DNA of 64,000 nt from positions 5,559-69,558 of the forward strand of contig JAVHPE010000161.1 in assembly GCA_036170475.1 (NCBI GenBank), read 5' to 3'. The position numbers and the translations under genes were made by a program. Origin of the DNA: Bacteroidia bacterium. Lineage in GTDB: Bacteria; Bacteroidota; Bacteroidia; 2-12-FULL-35-15. Shown here piece by piece: positions 27,189-38,434 of the stretch (positions are counted from its first letter, which is position 1; each line of letters starts with the position of its first letter). The notes under the pieces were generated by a model that was given only the letters and a program-made list of their open reading frames with translations, did not search any database and was not told the DNA's origin.

Positions 27189-30041
27189 TCAGATTTTAAA
27201 TTTTTTCAAATTATAAGTAAGTGTAAGCATATAATAACAATCCAACACATTTGTTTTGCTGTCTTCAATATACGTTTCAGTTACCGTTCTGGTAATACTT
27301 GTATTTTGCCCAAGCATATCAAACACACTTACTTTTACTTCGAGCGAACGATCTTTGAAAAATTTATAGGCAAGTGATGTATTCCATAACAAATAACTTT
27401 GATTAAAACTCTGAGAAAGTCCTGTATAAAGGGTGTGCGTTAAATTAGTATTAAGCACTACTTTTTTCATTAGTATCCAGTTCAATTTTAAAGAAGTAGT
27501 TTGATAAAAATAATTATTGTTTGCTTGTGTTTGAATGCTATTATTTACAATGCTATAATTGGCGTTGTAGGAAATATTAAAATCTAAATTTTCACTGATA
27601 TTACTACTTAAGCCTGTACCACCACTTAAATTATAGGTATTAGCAATATTGCTTACTTCATTGATCAATGCGGGTGTACGACTATAGTTTATTGATGTAT
27701 TAAAATTAAGATTGCATTTGATCCAACTAACAGGTAAAGCATAAGTAAGAAATCCTCTCCCATTCCAATATCCCTGAAGGTTAACAGGTGTTGTTAATTG
27801 GCTTCCTCTTTTTAAAATATATCCACCATTTATTGTTGTGTCTGTAGTTGGAATTAATGTGGAATTACCGACATAATTTTGCGCATAATTACCGTAAAGA
27901 AAAGCAAATAAACCGGTTGCTTTTTCCATATTGGATTTTCCATATCGTACTATTAAAGTATGTTGAAAATCTTGTTTCAAATTTGGATTACCTGTACTAA
28001 GCAACAGTGGGTTACTGTTGTTTATAACATTTTGTAACTGCGTAATAGAAGGAGTATTGGTAGATGTTCGGTACATAATTCTCAAATTGGTTCCTTGCGA
28101 GAATTTATAATTTAGCATTGCCTGCGGAAGAATGCTGAAAAAAGTTTTGTCAACAACAAATGCGACAGGAAAATTTTGATTTCCATTCAATGTTGCATAT
28201 TGAACATTTAAACTTGTCATGAACATATATTTCTTTTTGTTCAGATTATAACCAATGCCACCACGGTTCGACAAAGCAATACTTTTGTATTTATTACTCA
28301 GTAAAGTATCTAAAGATGAATAGTTATCATTTATTGAATTAAAATTATTGGTTTCCTTATCCGTATTGTTGTTGGTGTAAGAAGGAGTATATGTAAACAT
28401 TAGCTTGCTGAAACTGTCTAACGGTTCAGTATATACAAGACTTGAAGAAAGAGTATATCCTTTTGTATTTTGAGTGGAATGTTGATCAGTAATTGAACTG
28501 TCATTCAGAAAATAATATTTACTTAACGAATACAAACTACTGTTTCCACTTTTGTTATTCATATCAGTACCAATGTTCCATGAAATAGTTCTTCCGCGTT
28601 TTTCAAATTTATGTTGCAATAAAATATTGTTAGAAAAAGTGTAACCAGCATTATAAGAGCTATTAATGTTATTAGTTTGACTTTCTAAAGAATTTTCGTT
28701 TGTGCGAATATTGTTGCCAAATACAGTTGAATTGGCTTTATTATACTGCAAATTTAATTTTGGAGTAATTGTAATTGAATTAGAAGAATCAAGCTTTAAT
28801 TCAAATTTCACATTGAATCTATGATTGTAATTTTGATTTCTTGATTCATTGTTTTCATTATAATACAAGCCGCTATCCTTAGATGTAATATAGTCTCTGG
28901 TTAAAGTCGCACTATTTTTATTGTCGGTTTGATTAAAAAAATAACTTCCTGTTACTTTAATTTTTTGCCCCCATTTATCGCTATAATTTAATCCAATTGC
29001 CTGTGTAGTAGAAATGCCAGACTGCGGTCCGACTAAAAAATTATTGATACTATTTCCACCCGGACCACCGCCTCCTTGGTGTCCGCTACCGCCACCGGGT
29101 TTTCCCCCCATACCACCCCTCCCCTGCCCTCCCGTGCTACCTCCTGTTGCACCGAGTAAATCCTGAGTACTAAAATTTTGCTGGTTGATATTATTTGAAA
29201 GTCCGAGAATAGATATTCTTCTATCTCCGGTAAAAAGATTAATGTTGCCGCCTACAATGTAACGATCATCAGTTCCATAGCCGGCATATATTTTACCAAA
29301 TTGTCCATTGTTCATGCCGTTTTTTGTAACGATATTAATGGTTTTGTTTGATTGTCCATCATCAAAACCCGTGAACTGCGCCTGATCACTGGCTTTATCA
29401 TATATCTGAATCTTATCAATTATTTCAGCAGGTATATTTTTTAATGCCATATTGGGATCGTCGCCAAAGAAAGGTTTGCCATCTACTAACACCTGTTTCA
29501 CATCTTCACCATGAGCTTTTACTGTACCATTTTCGGAGGTAATACCGGGCATTTTTGAAATCAGATCCTCCGCATTAGCGTCCGGGTTAGTTTTATAGGC
29601 TTTGGCATTGTATCCAATAGTATCGCCACTTTGTTGAACACGTTCTTGTGTACCGGCAACAGTTATCGTTTTTAAAGAAGTTACGGATGTTTTTAGTTTG
29701 ATGATTCCGAAATTTTTTTCCTGCTGACTTTCGTTAAGTGAAAAACTTTCGGTTTTTAAAGTTTGGTATCCTAGTATTGAAAATTTTAATAAATAATTTC
29801 CAAAAGGAAGTGATTCAATTTTAAAATTTCCGTTTTCATCTGAAACAGCACCTTTTATTAGAGATGAATCTTTTGTGCTAATCACAGCTACCGGTGCGAA
29901 TGGTATTGTTTCCGATGTTTTTGTATCTTTAATAATTCCAGATACACTACCACTCCCAGTATTTTTGTTTTGAGCTTTCCCATTAAAAACACTTACTGTG
30001 TTAAAGACTAATAATAAAATTAAAAATGGTACAATCCTCAT
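27189..30041 (-). CDS. Outer-membrane beta-barrel family protein (CarboxypepD_reg-like N-domain + plug-like region + large barrel; TonB-dependent-receptor-like)
   Basis: 950 aa with a signal peptide. VSGIIKDTKTSETIPFAPVAV...GNFKIESLPFGNYLLKFS is CarboxypepD_reg-like. Contains a Gly-rich loop GGSTGGQGRGGMGGKPGGGSGHQGGGGPGG. The C-terminal strand ends in F-K-I. Confidence 0.75.
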   Translation of the reverse strand: MRIVPFLILLLVFNTVSVFNGKAQNKNTGSGSVSGIIKDTKTSETIPFAPVAVISTKDSSLIKGAVSDENGNFKIESLPFGNYLLKFSILGYQTLKTESFSLNESQQEKNFGIIKLKTSVTSLKTITVAGTQERVQQSGDTIGYNAKAYKTNPDANAEDLISKMPGITSENGTVKAHGEDVKQVLVDGKPFFGDDPNMALKNIPAEIIDKIQIYDKASDQAQFTGFDDGQSNKTINIVTKNGMNNGQFGKIYAGYGTDDRYIVGGNINLFTGDRRISILGLSNNINQQNFSTQDLLGATGGSTGGQGRGGMGGKPGGGSGHQGGGGPGGNSINNFLVGPQSGISTTQAIGLNYSDKWGQKIKVTGSYFFNQTDNKNSATLTRDYITSKDSGLYYNENNESRNQNYNHRFNVKFELKLDSSNSITITPKLNLQYNKANSTVFGNNIRTNENSLESQTNNINSSYNAGYTFSNNILLQHKFEKRGRTISWNIGTDMNNKSGNSSLYSLSKYYFLNDSSITDQHSTQNTKGYTLSSSLVYTEPLDSFSKLMFTYTPSYTNNNTDKETNNFNSINDNYSSLDTLLSNKYKSIALSNRGGIGYNLNKKKYMFMTSLNVQYATLNGNQNFPVAFVVDKTFFSILPQAMLNYKFSQGTNLRIMYRTSTNTPSITQLQNVINNSNPLLLSTGNPNLKQDFQHTLIVRYGKSNMEKATGLFAFLYGNYAQNYVGNSTLIPTTDTTINGGYILKRGSQLTTPVNLQGYWNGRGFLTYALPVSWIKCNLNFNTSINYSRTPALINEVSNIANTYNLSGGTGLSSNISENLDFNISYNANYSIVNNSIQTQANNNYFYQTTSLKLNWILMKKVVLNTNLTHTLYTGLSQSFNQSYLLWNTSLAYKFFKDRSLEVKVSVFDMLGQNTSITRTVTETYIEDSKTNVLDCYYMLTLTYNLKKFKI

Positions 30042-30423
30042 ATAATTTATGTTTAATTTTTCATACCGAATGAAAATTTAACTGCTTTTAAGTAATTATC
30101 ACTCTCATAACTTTATCTTTTGGATACTGAAATGTTACTCTCCTTAGCAAGGAACACTTATACAAAAGTAGTTAAAATTATTAACAGTTAACATTGTTAA
30201 CTAATTTTGCCATTCTTTACCGAATACAAAAATAGTTGAATACTAATAGCTTTGTTTAGTATGGTTAATACAAACAAAAATTACACTGTTTTACAACAAA
30301 TTCTGAAATATATCATAGCGAGAATTTTTCGTAGAACACATTTTTTTGCATTTTGTGCTCAAATTTTTAGATTTTATTTTGTAATTGCCCTATATTTGTC
30401 AAAATATCATAAAACAAAATCAA

Positions 30424-31275
30424 ATGAAAAAATTACTTTATTTAATTGCATTTTTACCATTGGCCTTTGGTTGCGGTGGCAATAAACAAGGAAGTGTATT
30501 ATCAGCTGAGGACAGTCTTAGAGCTGTTAGTGGAGGCCAGAAGGTGCGTATCCATGATCAGGATTCAAGTATGCAATCATTTATCCGTGGGTTCAACGAA
30601 ATTCAGGATAATCTGGATATAATAAAGGAAAAGGAAAAAATTGTTACTGCTTCAAGTAAAGATCCCGAAACTCGTAAAACAAAAGAGGAACAAATAGTTG
30701 CGGATATTCAGTCGATTTACGACATCATGAATAAAAACAAGCAACGTCTTGCTTCAATGAAAACAAAGTTGAAGGAATCCAATAAGAAAAACGATGAACT
30801 TGAAAAATTCATTACCCGGCTTACTGCTGAAATTGAATCGAAGGATGCACAAATTGGTGATTTAAAAACTCAATTGGAACAATTAAATGTTGCAATGACC
30901 AACTTAAACGTTAATTATCAGGAAGCAACACAGGAATCAGAAGTTAAAACTAAAAAATTAAATACCGCATTTTATGCATTTGGAACTTCCAAGGAATTAA
31001 TAAAAAATGGCGTGTTGACTAAAGAAGGAGGATTCATTGGACTTGGAAAAATTCAGAAAATGAAAGATGATTTTAATAAATCGTATTTTACTCAGGTTGA
31101 TATTTCTACCACCAATACAATTGTACTTGCCGCAAAAAAGGCAAAACTGATTACTACTCATCCTTCTGGTTCATACAAAATTGAAGGCGCCGATGGTAAA
31201 GCTGAAAAGCTTACTATTATTGATGCTGAAAACTTCTGGAGTACATCAAAATATTTAGTAATTGTAGTTGACTAG
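30424..31275 (+). CDS. Coiled-coil lipoprotein, unknown function
   Basis: ATG 30424 gives MKKLLYLIAFLPLAFGCGG (lipobox). The central part is heptad-like and Lys/Glu-rich. Confidence 0.6.
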   Translation: MKKLLYLIAFLPLAFGCGGNKQGSVLSAEDSLRAVSGGQKVRIHDQDSSMQSFIRGFNEIQDNLDIIKEKEKIVTASSKDPETRKTKEEQIVADIQSIYDIMNKNKQRLASMKTKLKESNKKNDELEKFITRLTAEIESKDAQIGDLKTQLEQLNVAMTNLNVNYQEATQESEVKTKKLNTAFYAFGTSKELIKNGVLTKEGGFIGLGKIQKMKDDFNKSYFTQVDISTTNTIVLAAKKAKLITTHPSGSYKIEGADGKAEKLTIIDAENFWSTSKYLVIVVD

Positions 31276-31290
31276 TTACTGCTTCGGAAT

Positions 31291-31334
31291 AAAAAAAAGA
31301 CCCCTCCATTAAGTATGGAAGGGTCTTTTTTTTT
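31291..31334. terminator. Bidirectional rho-independent terminator
   Basis: A8 - gacccctccat - taagt - atggaagggtc - T9, between convergent genes. 11-bp stem with one mismatch. Confidence 0.8.
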
Positions 31335-31336
31335 CA

Positions 31337-32809
31337 TCAATTGTTACTTTTTTTTGAAATTATAAAAAGCCCGATAAATGTTATAAATCCATTAACTATC
31401 AATAACTCAAAACCAAATTTATACCCTCCAAACAATAGCTGGGAATATTCATTCAGCAGATAACACATTAGTGGCGAAAGCACACAAACCAAGGGAACCC
31501 ATTTATCGTTTACAGCTTTTTTAGTAAATAATCCGAAAGAATATAAACCAAGCAATGGTCCGTATGTATATCCGGCTATGGTAAACAAATTGTTAATCAC
31601 TGCGTCATTATTAACCAATTTGAAAATTACAATAACCAACAATAATAAAAATGCAAAAGCAATATGAACGATATGCCGTATTATTATTTTATTTTCTTCC
31701 GATTTTATTTTGTTTTCTTTCAACCCTAAAAAGTCGATGCAAAATACGCTGGTCAGAGCAGTTAATGCACCATCAGCACTGGGGTAGGCTGCAGATATTA
31801 AACCAATAATAAAAAATATTGCCGAAAATGTGCCCAGATAATTTAATGCAATCGTCGGAAATACATTATCCGAAATTATTTTTCCGTTCCCATCCAGTAA
31901 TAAAGTTATGTTAGATTCATTTACATAAATATATAGCAATGCACCAAGTATAAGGAACAGTATATTTACAATCAGAACAACAAAAGTAAATGTGAGTACA
32001 TTTTTTTGAGCATCTCCTAAGGTTTTACAACTGATATTTTTCTGCATCATCTCCTGATCCAGACCTGTCATAGCAATAGCAATAAACATCCCACCAAAAA
32101 ATTGCTTTGGAAGAAATGATTTTAATTTCCAATCGCTGAAAATTACCTGTGAATAATGGCTATCCGCAATTTTATGGTATAAATCGCCAATGTTCAAATT
32201 CAGTTGTTTGCTAATAAATAAAATGGATAATAATACAGAAAGCAACATAAATGTGGTTTGTAAGGTATCTGTGTAAACAATTGTTTTTACCCCCCCCTGA
32301 TAGGTGTATAATAAAATCAAGGCAATGAAAACTGCCACCGTTACAAAAAATGGGACCCCCAAGGCATCAAAAACAAATACTTGTAATACATTAACTACAA
32401 TGTATAAACGAAAGGCAGCACCTATTGTCCGCGATAAAATAAAAAAGAATGCACCTGTTTTATAAGAATAATTTCCAAAACGTTGTAACAAATAGGAATA
32501 TATCGATGTAAGATTTAGCCGATAATATAATGGCAATAAAACAAAGGCGATGACCATATAACCTATGGAATAACCTAATACCACCTGCAAATAACCAAAC
32601 TGCGCCACGCCCACAGCACCAGGAACAGATATAAATGTAACTCCCGAAAGAGATGCGCCAATCATACCATACGCCACCAAATACCATTTTGATGAACGAT
32701 TACCAACAAAAAAACTTTCGTTATTTGCACCGCGTGATGTAAACCAGGTAACGCCAAACAATAAAATGGAATAAGTGATTACACAAGCCAGTATAAGTGT
32801 TGAGGACAT
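31337..32809 (-). CDS. Sodium:solute symporter (SSF) family transporter
   Basis: 490 aa with about 13 TM helices. N-terminus is FFVGNRSSKWYLVAYGMIGASLSGVTFISVPG, typical of SSF. Confidence 0.8.
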   Translation of the reverse strand: MSSTLILACVITYSILLFGVTWFTSRGANNESFFVGNRSSKWYLVAYGMIGASLSGVTFISVPGAVGVAQFGYLQVVLGYSIGYMVIAFVLLPLYYRLNLTSIYSYLLQRFGNYSYKTGAFFFILSRTIGAAFRLYIVVNVLQVFVFDALGVPFFVTVAVFIALILLYTYQGGVKTIVYTDTLQTTFMLLSVLLSILFISKQLNLNIGDLYHKIADSHYSQVIFSDWKLKSFLPKQFFGGMFIAIAMTGLDQEMMQKNISCKTLGDAQKNVLTFTFVVLIVNILFLILGALLYIYVNESNITLLLDGNGKIISDNVFPTIALNYLGTFSAIFFIIGLISAAYPSADGALTALTSVFCIDFLGLKENKIKSEENKIIIRHIVHIAFAFLLLLVIVIFKLVNNDAVINNLFTIAGYTYGPLLGLYSFGLFTKKAVNDKWVPLVCVLSPLMCYLLNEYSQLLFGGYKFGFELLIVNGFITFIGLFIISKKSNN

Positions 32810-32979
32810 TAGTTATTTTTGATTCCAGTATTACACATAACACAAAGGAAAACAATAAATAATTACTAATCACTTTGTACATTTTCAGTATATTAACAAA
32901 GTTCTTGACAATAATTTTTACTTTTGTAGGTAAACGATTGTAAAAATCATCGCCTTAAGGCAGAAAAAAACCTAATAAC

Positions 32980-33522
32980 ATGCAAATTACGAAGACCCCT
33001 ATTGCTGATTTATTAATTATTCAACCAAAAGTATTTGCAGACGATCGTGGCTATTTCTTTGAGTGCTACAGCAAAAATATTTTTCTTAAGCATGGGGTTG
33101 ATACCGATTTTGTACAGGACAATCAGTCATTATCACAAGCAGGTGTTTTACGTGGATTACATTTCCAAAACCCACCCTTTGCACAAGGTAAATTAGTGCG
33201 AGTAATTAAAGGAGCTATTTTAGATGTAGCCGTTGATTTACGTAAACAATCCGCTACGTATGGGAAATACTTTTCAATAGAATTAAATGAAAAAAACAAA
33301 ACAATGCTGTGGCTTCCCCATGGCTTTGCGCACGGTTTTTTAACATTAGAAAACGAAACCATTTTTTCTTACAAATGCAGTAATTATTACAATAAAGAGT
33401 CGGAAGATTGTATCTTTTGGAACGATAAAGAAATTGCAATCAAATGGGGGATCAAAACTCCAAATTTATCTGAAAAAGATAAATTTGGTAAACCTTTTAA
33501 AAATTTTGTAAGTCCTTTTTAA
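32980..33522 (+). CDS. rfbC: dTDP-4-dehydrorhamnose 3,5-epimerase
   Basis: Motifs DDRGYFFE, RGLHFQ, KLVRVIKGAILDVAVDLR and PHGFAHGF. Confidence 0.92.
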   Translation: MQITKTPIADLLIIQPKVFADDRGYFFECYSKNIFLKHGVDTDFVQDNQSLSQAGVLRGLHFQNPPFAQGKLVRVIKGAILDVAVDLRKQSATYGKYFSIELNEKNKTMLWLPHGFAHGFLTLENETIFSYKCSNYYNKESEDCIFWNDKEIAIKWGIKTPNLSEKDKFGKPFKNFVSPF

Positions 33523-33581
33523 ATTGGGAAAACATTTGTTACAATCTTTTCACTCTGAATAACCGGTATCAACTATTTAAA

Positions 33582-34670
33582 ATGTTAAAATCTTATTTCA
33601 ATAAATTTTTACTTTTCCTCATTTCAGCCAAAAAATATTTTCTTGTTTTTGGATGTGCAATGATTTTATTGAGTGTTATCAAACTCTTTAGCTATTCTTT
33701 TTCTGATAATCTTTCGGACAGTGATTATGAAGATTATTTTAGCGCCAGCAATAAAACCTTCAGCATACGGATTCCGAAAAATTTAAATTTTTCCGGAGAA
33801 AAAGTTCCTGTTACCGATTTCAGCGTGCGCGAAGCCATGGAACGCGAATTAGTGATTAATACCTATTGGCAATCTCAATCATTATTGCTCCATAAACGCG
33901 CCAATCGATGGTTTCCGGTAATCGAACCTGTCCTGAAAAAAAATAACATCCCTGATGATTTTAAATACATTGCCCTTATTGAAAGTCAATTGACAAATGT
34001 AGTGTCACCACAAGGCGCAACGGGGTTCTGGCAAATCATCGAATCTACCGGAACGGGGTATGGATTGGAAATCAGTAATGAAGTGGACGAACGCTATTAT
34101 GTAATAAAATCAACCGAAGCCGCCTGTAAATATTTTAATGAAGCCTATAAAATATTTAATAACTGGACATTGGTTGCCGCATCTTATAACCTTGGAATGG
34201 GTGGACTTAAAGGGCAGTTGGACAAGCAAAAAGTAATCAATTATTACGATTTATTATTAACAGAAGAAACAGCACGTTATGTTTTCAGAATTTTAGCCAT
34301 AAAAGAAATTATTGCCAGACCCAAAGTATATGGATATATGTTACGTAAAAAAGATTTGTACCCTGTAATTTCAACAAAAAAAATCACGATAGACTCTACA
34401 ATTCATAACCTTGCTGACTTTGCAATTTCTCAAAACATAAACTATAAAATTTTAAAATTATTTAATCCCTGGCTACGAACAAATAGCCTGACAAATCTCG
34501 GAAGAAAAAAATACAGTATTGAAATTCCGAAAAACGGAGTGAAAATTTACGATATGGATGGGAACTATGATGGCAGCGATATTTTAACTGCCAACGATTC
34601 CTTGAAATTGATTACAGTTTTTACCATAGGTAAGGATACAGTATTGCCAGACAAAAAACTAATAGAATAA
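33582..34670 (+). CDS. Lytic transglycosylase (SLT domain) protein, MltD-like without LysM
   Basis: ALIESQLTNVVSPQGATGFWQI (catalytic Glu motif) and AASYNLG. Confidence 0.8.
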   Translation: MLKSYFNKFLLFLISAKKYFLVFGCAMILLSVIKLFSYSFSDNLSDSDYEDYFSASNKTFSIRIPKNLNFSGEKVPVTDFSVREAMERELVINTYWQSQSLLLHKRANRWFPVIEPVLKKNNIPDDFKYIALIESQLTNVVSPQGATGFWQIIESTGTGYGLEISNEVDERYYVIKSTEAACKYFNEAYKIFNNWTLVAASYNLGMGGLKGQLDKQKVINYYDLLLTEETARYVFRILAIKEIIARPKVYGYMLRKKDLYPVISTKKITIDSTIHNLADFAISQNINYKILKLFNPWLRTNSLTNLGRKKYSIEIPKNGVKIYDMDGNYDGSDILTANDSLKLITVFTIGKDTVLPDKKLIE

Positions 34671-34838
34671 GTCATTTCCCACATAGTAGCTTATTTCAAA
34701 ATATACATCATTGCAATTTTCAGGATAACAAGTTTCTATTTTGAATTGCCACTTTCAAAATATTTATCAACAATTCACTGTGAATGTATTTTCACAGCAA
34801 TCAATTTCCGCAATTTAATATTGAGTACTATTGTAAGA

Positions 34839-35612
34839 ATGAAAAGCCATAAACCATTGATACTCGTAACCAATGACGATGGAGTAACCGCTCCCGGAAT
34901 TGTCGCATTGATAGAGGTAATGAAAACATTAGGTGATGTAATAGTTGTCGCACCGGATAAAGCGCAATCAGGGATGGGTCATGCCATTACTATTAATTCA
35001 ACATTACGGGTAAATAAAATAAAAATTTACGATGTAAAGGAGGAATACAGTTGTACAGGGACACCTGTTGATTGCGTTAAGTTTGCGGTAAATAAAATAA
35101 CCAATCGCAAACCCGATTTATGTGTTTCAGGGATTAATCATGGTACCAACATGTCAATAAACGTGATATATTCAGGCACAATGTCCGCCGCTGTAGAAGG
35201 AGCAATAGAAGGAATTCCTTCTATTGGTTTTTCCCTTTCGGATTATACTATTAATGCTGATTTTACAGCATCAAAAAAAATAGTGAAAACGATTGCAGAA
35301 AAAGTATTGAAAAATGGATTACCCGAAGGTGTTTGTTTAAATGTAAACGTTCCAAAATTAAAAACTGAATTAATAAAAGGAATAAAAATTTGTCGCCAGG
35401 CAAAAGCCAATTGGGTAGAACAATTTGATGAACGTCGCGATCCAAATGGGCAACCTTATTATTGGCTGACAGGGAAATTTGAAAATTCGGAAGTAAAAGA
35501 AAAAGACTCCGATGTTTGGGCATTGGAAAATGGTTATGTATCTATTGTCCCGACTCAGTTTGATATGACAGCGCATAAGGCAATTAAAGGAATTGAAAAA
35601 TGGAAATTATAG
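34839..35612 (+). CDS. surE: 5'/3'-nucleotidase SurE
   Basis: ATG 34839 gives MKSHKPLILVTNDDGVTAPGI. Also GINHGTNMSINVIYSGTMSAA. Confidence 0.92.
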   Translation: MKSHKPLILVTNDDGVTAPGIVALIEVMKTLGDVIVVAPDKAQSGMGHAITINSTLRVNKIKIYDVKEEYSCTGTPVDCVKFAVNKITNRKPDLCVSGINHGTNMSINVIYSGTMSAAVEGAIEGIPSIGFSLSDYTINADFTASKKIVKTIAEKVLKNGLPEGVCLNVNVPKLKTELIKGIKICRQAKANWVEQFDERRDPNGQPYYWLTGKFENSEVKEKDSDVWALENGYVSIVPTQFDMTAHKAIKGIEKWKL

Positions 35613-35797
35613 GAAAAATAGTTAAAAGTTAAAAGTTGGAAAGTGTAGTTCACTCCGAAAAGAGTTTTCGACACGAATTGCACGAATTATTTTTTTAAGA
35701 CATAATTGATAATCAGTGTATAAAATTAGTGAAATCAGTGTAAAATAAGGATTTAAAGGGTTTTCGGAGTAGACTCAACGTTTTAAATTAATAGCGA

Positions 35798-36094
35798 ATG
35801 AAGGATATTGATTTTGATAAAACATGGATTGGTTTAATACTGGGCATTATAGCTCCGGTTATCGCTTTATCGCTTTATTATTTTATCAATTACCGTTTTA
35901 TGACGATACATAATTTTATCAATTTCCTGAAGTTAGGCGACACCTATACACCATTAATTTCATTATGTGTTTTAGCTAATTTGGGTGTTTTTTATTTATT
36001 TATATGGAAAGAAAAATACAAAGGGGCGCGTGGTGTTATAGCATCTACCTTTATTTGGGCAGCCTTGGTTCTCTATCTAAAATTCTTTACCTAA
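35798..36094 (+). CDS. Small membrane protein (3 TM helices), unknown function
   Basis: 98-aa ORF with three clear hydrophobic helices, between surE and lpxB. Confidence 0.5.
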   Translation: MKDIDFDKTWIGLILGIIAPVIALSLYYFINYRFMTIHNFINFLKLGDTYTPLISLCVLANLGVFYLFIWKEKYKGARGVIASTFIWAALVLYLKFFT

Positions 36095-36100
36095 GCGCCG

Positions 36101-37198
36101 ATGAATTATTACATAATTGCCGGTGAAGCATCGGGGGATTTACACGCCTCTAACTTAATAAAAGAATTGAAACTTTTAGATGTGAACGCACAATTTCGCT
36201 GCTGGGGTGGAGATTTGATGAAGGAACAAGGTGCTGTATTGGTAAAACATTACCGTGAATTAGCATTTATGGGATTCACAGAAGTGTTGATGAACCTGCG
36301 AACCATCCTACATAATATTGATTTTTGCAAAAAAGATATTTCACAATATAAGCCAGATGTATTGATTTTAGTTGACTATCCGGGCTTTAACATACGAATT
36401 GCTGAATTCGCAAAAACCATAGGGATAAAAGTATTTTATTATATATCTCCACAAATATGGGCATGGAAACAATCACGGGTTCATAAAATTAAACAGGTAG
36501 TGGATAAAATGTTTGTGATTCTTCCTTTTGAAAAAGAGTTTTACCTACGCTTTAATTGTAATGTTGATTTTGTCGGACATCCTTTACTTGATGCAGTTGA
36601 AAACTATTCTAAACAGCCAGACACATTACCTATAAATACTGATAAGCCCATAATTGCGTTACTTCCCGGAAGTAGAAAACAAGAAATTACAACCATACTC
36701 CCTTTAATGCTTTCGATGCGGAAACATTATCCGGATTACCAGTTTGTCATTGCCGGCGCCCCTTCGCAAAACAAGGAATTTTATCAACCATTTATTTCAA
36801 ATGTAGATGTAAAAATTCTTTTCAATCAAACTTATCAATTATTACAAAAAGCCCATGTAGCAATAGTTACATCAGGTACAGCAACAATTGAAACCGCTTT
36901 GTTCGGAGTTCCTGAAGTAGTTTGTTATAAAGGGGGCGCAATTTCCTTTGCCATAGCGAAACAGTTAGTAAAGGTAAAATACATTTCACTTGTAAACTTA
37001 ATTATGGATAAGGAAATTGTGAAAGAATTAATACAAAACGAATTAAATGAAACTAATCTTAAAGTGGAACTTGATAAATTATTAAACCCTGATTCAAGAA
37101 AAAAAATAGTGTCGGATTATGCTGAACTTATACAAAAATTAGGTGGTGCGGGAGCATCAAAAAAAACTGCCGGTTTAATGATCAATTATTTGAAATGA
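36101..37198 (+). CDS. lpxB: Lipid-A-disaccharide synthase
   Basis: N-terminus YIIAGEASGDLHASNLI and central LLPGSR. Length 365 aa. Confidence 0.92.
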   Translation: MNYYIIAGEASGDLHASNLIKELKLLDVNAQFRCWGGDLMKEQGAVLVKHYRELAFMGFTEVLMNLRTILHNIDFCKKDISQYKPDVLILVDYPGFNIRIAEFAKTIGIKVFYYISPQIWAWKQSRVHKIKQVVDKMFVILPFEKEFYLRFNCNVDFVGHPLLDAVENYSKQPDTLPINTDKPIIALLPGSRKQEITTILPLMLSMRKHYPDYQFVIAGAPSQNKEFYQPFISNVDVKILFNQTYQLLQKAHVAIVTSGTATIETALFGVPEVVCYKGGAISFAIAKQLVKVKYISLVNLIMDKEIVKELIQNELNETNLKVELDKLLNPDSRKKIVSDYAELIQKLGGAGASKKTAGLMINYLK

Positions 37199-38385
37199 AA
37201 AAAAACATTTTTTTACTATTTTTATTGTCATTATTTTTTGTATTCCCATCGTACGCAAAATTTCAATCAAGCGCGAATACAGTTAGCGTAAGAATTTTGA
37301 CAACAAAAATTATCAACACTTTTATATTTTCACCTTTAGGGTGTACCTATTCTGTCTACGGTGATGGTAGATTATTGGCGGATTGTGATCCCTCAGGTAT
37401 CTTTCAAATGAGCATTGAAAAAGACTCCATCCAGTTAAAAACATTTGAAAAAAATATTGGAAAATTCTCTGTCATAAAAATGATCGCAAAGGAGTCCTAT
37501 GCGGCATTTAAAATAAAATCAGTAATTCCACAGGGAAAAGTACGCACGTATGATGATAATTTGGAGATTACCATAACTCCTGATAATAGCCAGTTTTTGC
37601 TCATCAATAAAGTTGATTTGGAAAATTACATTGCCGGTGTTGTTCAATCAGAAGGAGGAAAAGGCAGTAATCTGGAATATTATAAGATACAGGCAGTTTT
37701 ATGTCGCACCTATTTGTTAGCTCACCTAAATCGTCATATTCTGGAAGGATACGAGGTATGTGACGATGTACATTGTCAGGCTTATACAAGTAAAGCGAGC
37801 GAAGCGGATATTTTAAAAGCTGTTCTTGATGTTAAAGGAATTGTTGTTGTAGATAATAATTTGAATTTGATTACAGCCGCATTTCATTCAAATTGTGGAG
37901 GTGAAACCTGCAATTCACAAGATGTTTGGGCTATGCCAACGACTTATTTAAAGTCTGTTAAAGACACATTTTGTCTGAAGCAATCACAAGCCTACTGGCA
38001 GCGCACCATTCCTCTTGAAGACTGGCAAGCCTACCTGCAATTAAAACATAAATACCCTGTAGATGACACCATAAATTCTATCGGCGCTACATCATTCTCT
38101 CAATCTTCCGGCAGGGCCATTTATTTTAAAGATAAAGAATTAAAAATTCCACTCAAAAACATCCGTGCCGATTTTAAATTAAAATCTACTTATTTTTCAA
38201 TCGAACAAAAAGGCGATTCAATAATTTTTAAAGGTCGCGGATATGGGCATGGTGTTGGACTTTGCCAGGAAGGAGCTATGCAAATGGCTAAATTGAAATA
38301 TTCTTATGAATATATCTTGCATTATTATTATAAAGATGTGAGTTTGGTAGATGTGTCTGCTCTAAATTATTTTAGACAAGAATAA
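37195..38385 (+). CDS. SpoIID/LytB domain protein (amidase-enhancer-like)
   Basis: Motifs AQAVLCRTY, CDDVHCQAY, FHSNCGGET and GYGHGVGLCQEGA. ATGA overlap with lpxB. Confidence 0.85.
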   Translation: MKKNIFLLFLLSLFFVFPSYAKFQSSANTVSVRILTTKIINTFIFSPLGCTYSVYGDGRLLADCDPSGIFQMSIEKDSIQLKTFEKNIGKFSVIKMIAKESYAAFKIKSVIPQGKVRTYDDNLEITITPDNSQFLLINKVDLENYIAGVVQSEGGKGSNLEYYKIQAVLCRTYLLAHLNRHILEGYEVCDDVHCQAYTSKASEADILKAVLDVKGIVVVDNNLNLITAAFHSNCGGETCNSQDVWAMPTTYLKSVKDTFCLKQSQAYWQRTIPLEDWQAYLQLKHKYPVDDTINSIGATSFSQSSGRAIYFKDKELKIPLKNIRADFKLKSTYFSIEQKGDSIIFKGRGYGHGVGLCQEGAMQMAKLKYSYEYILHYYYKDVSLVDVSALNYFRQE

Positions 38386-38434
38386 ATTATTAATCATGCG
38401 CTTCGGTAGATTTAGTTTACTAATTTGCTACAGT

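Noticed and set aside
29020-29160. Gly-rich low-complexity insert (GGSTGGQGRGGMGGKPGGGSGHQGGGGPGG) in the 950-aa barrel protein as a foreign insertion
   Set aside because: Gly-rich loops at this position are, to my recollection, a regular feature of this outer-membrane barrel family. The frame and flanks are continuous.
32905-32926. Bacteroidota sigma-A promoter (TTG ... TAcTTTTG) upstream of rfbC
   Set aside because: TACTTTTG matches the -7 TAnnTTTG consensus. The only nearby TTG is about 11 nt upstream rather than the expected ~19 nt. That is too weak to annotate without transcription start-site data.
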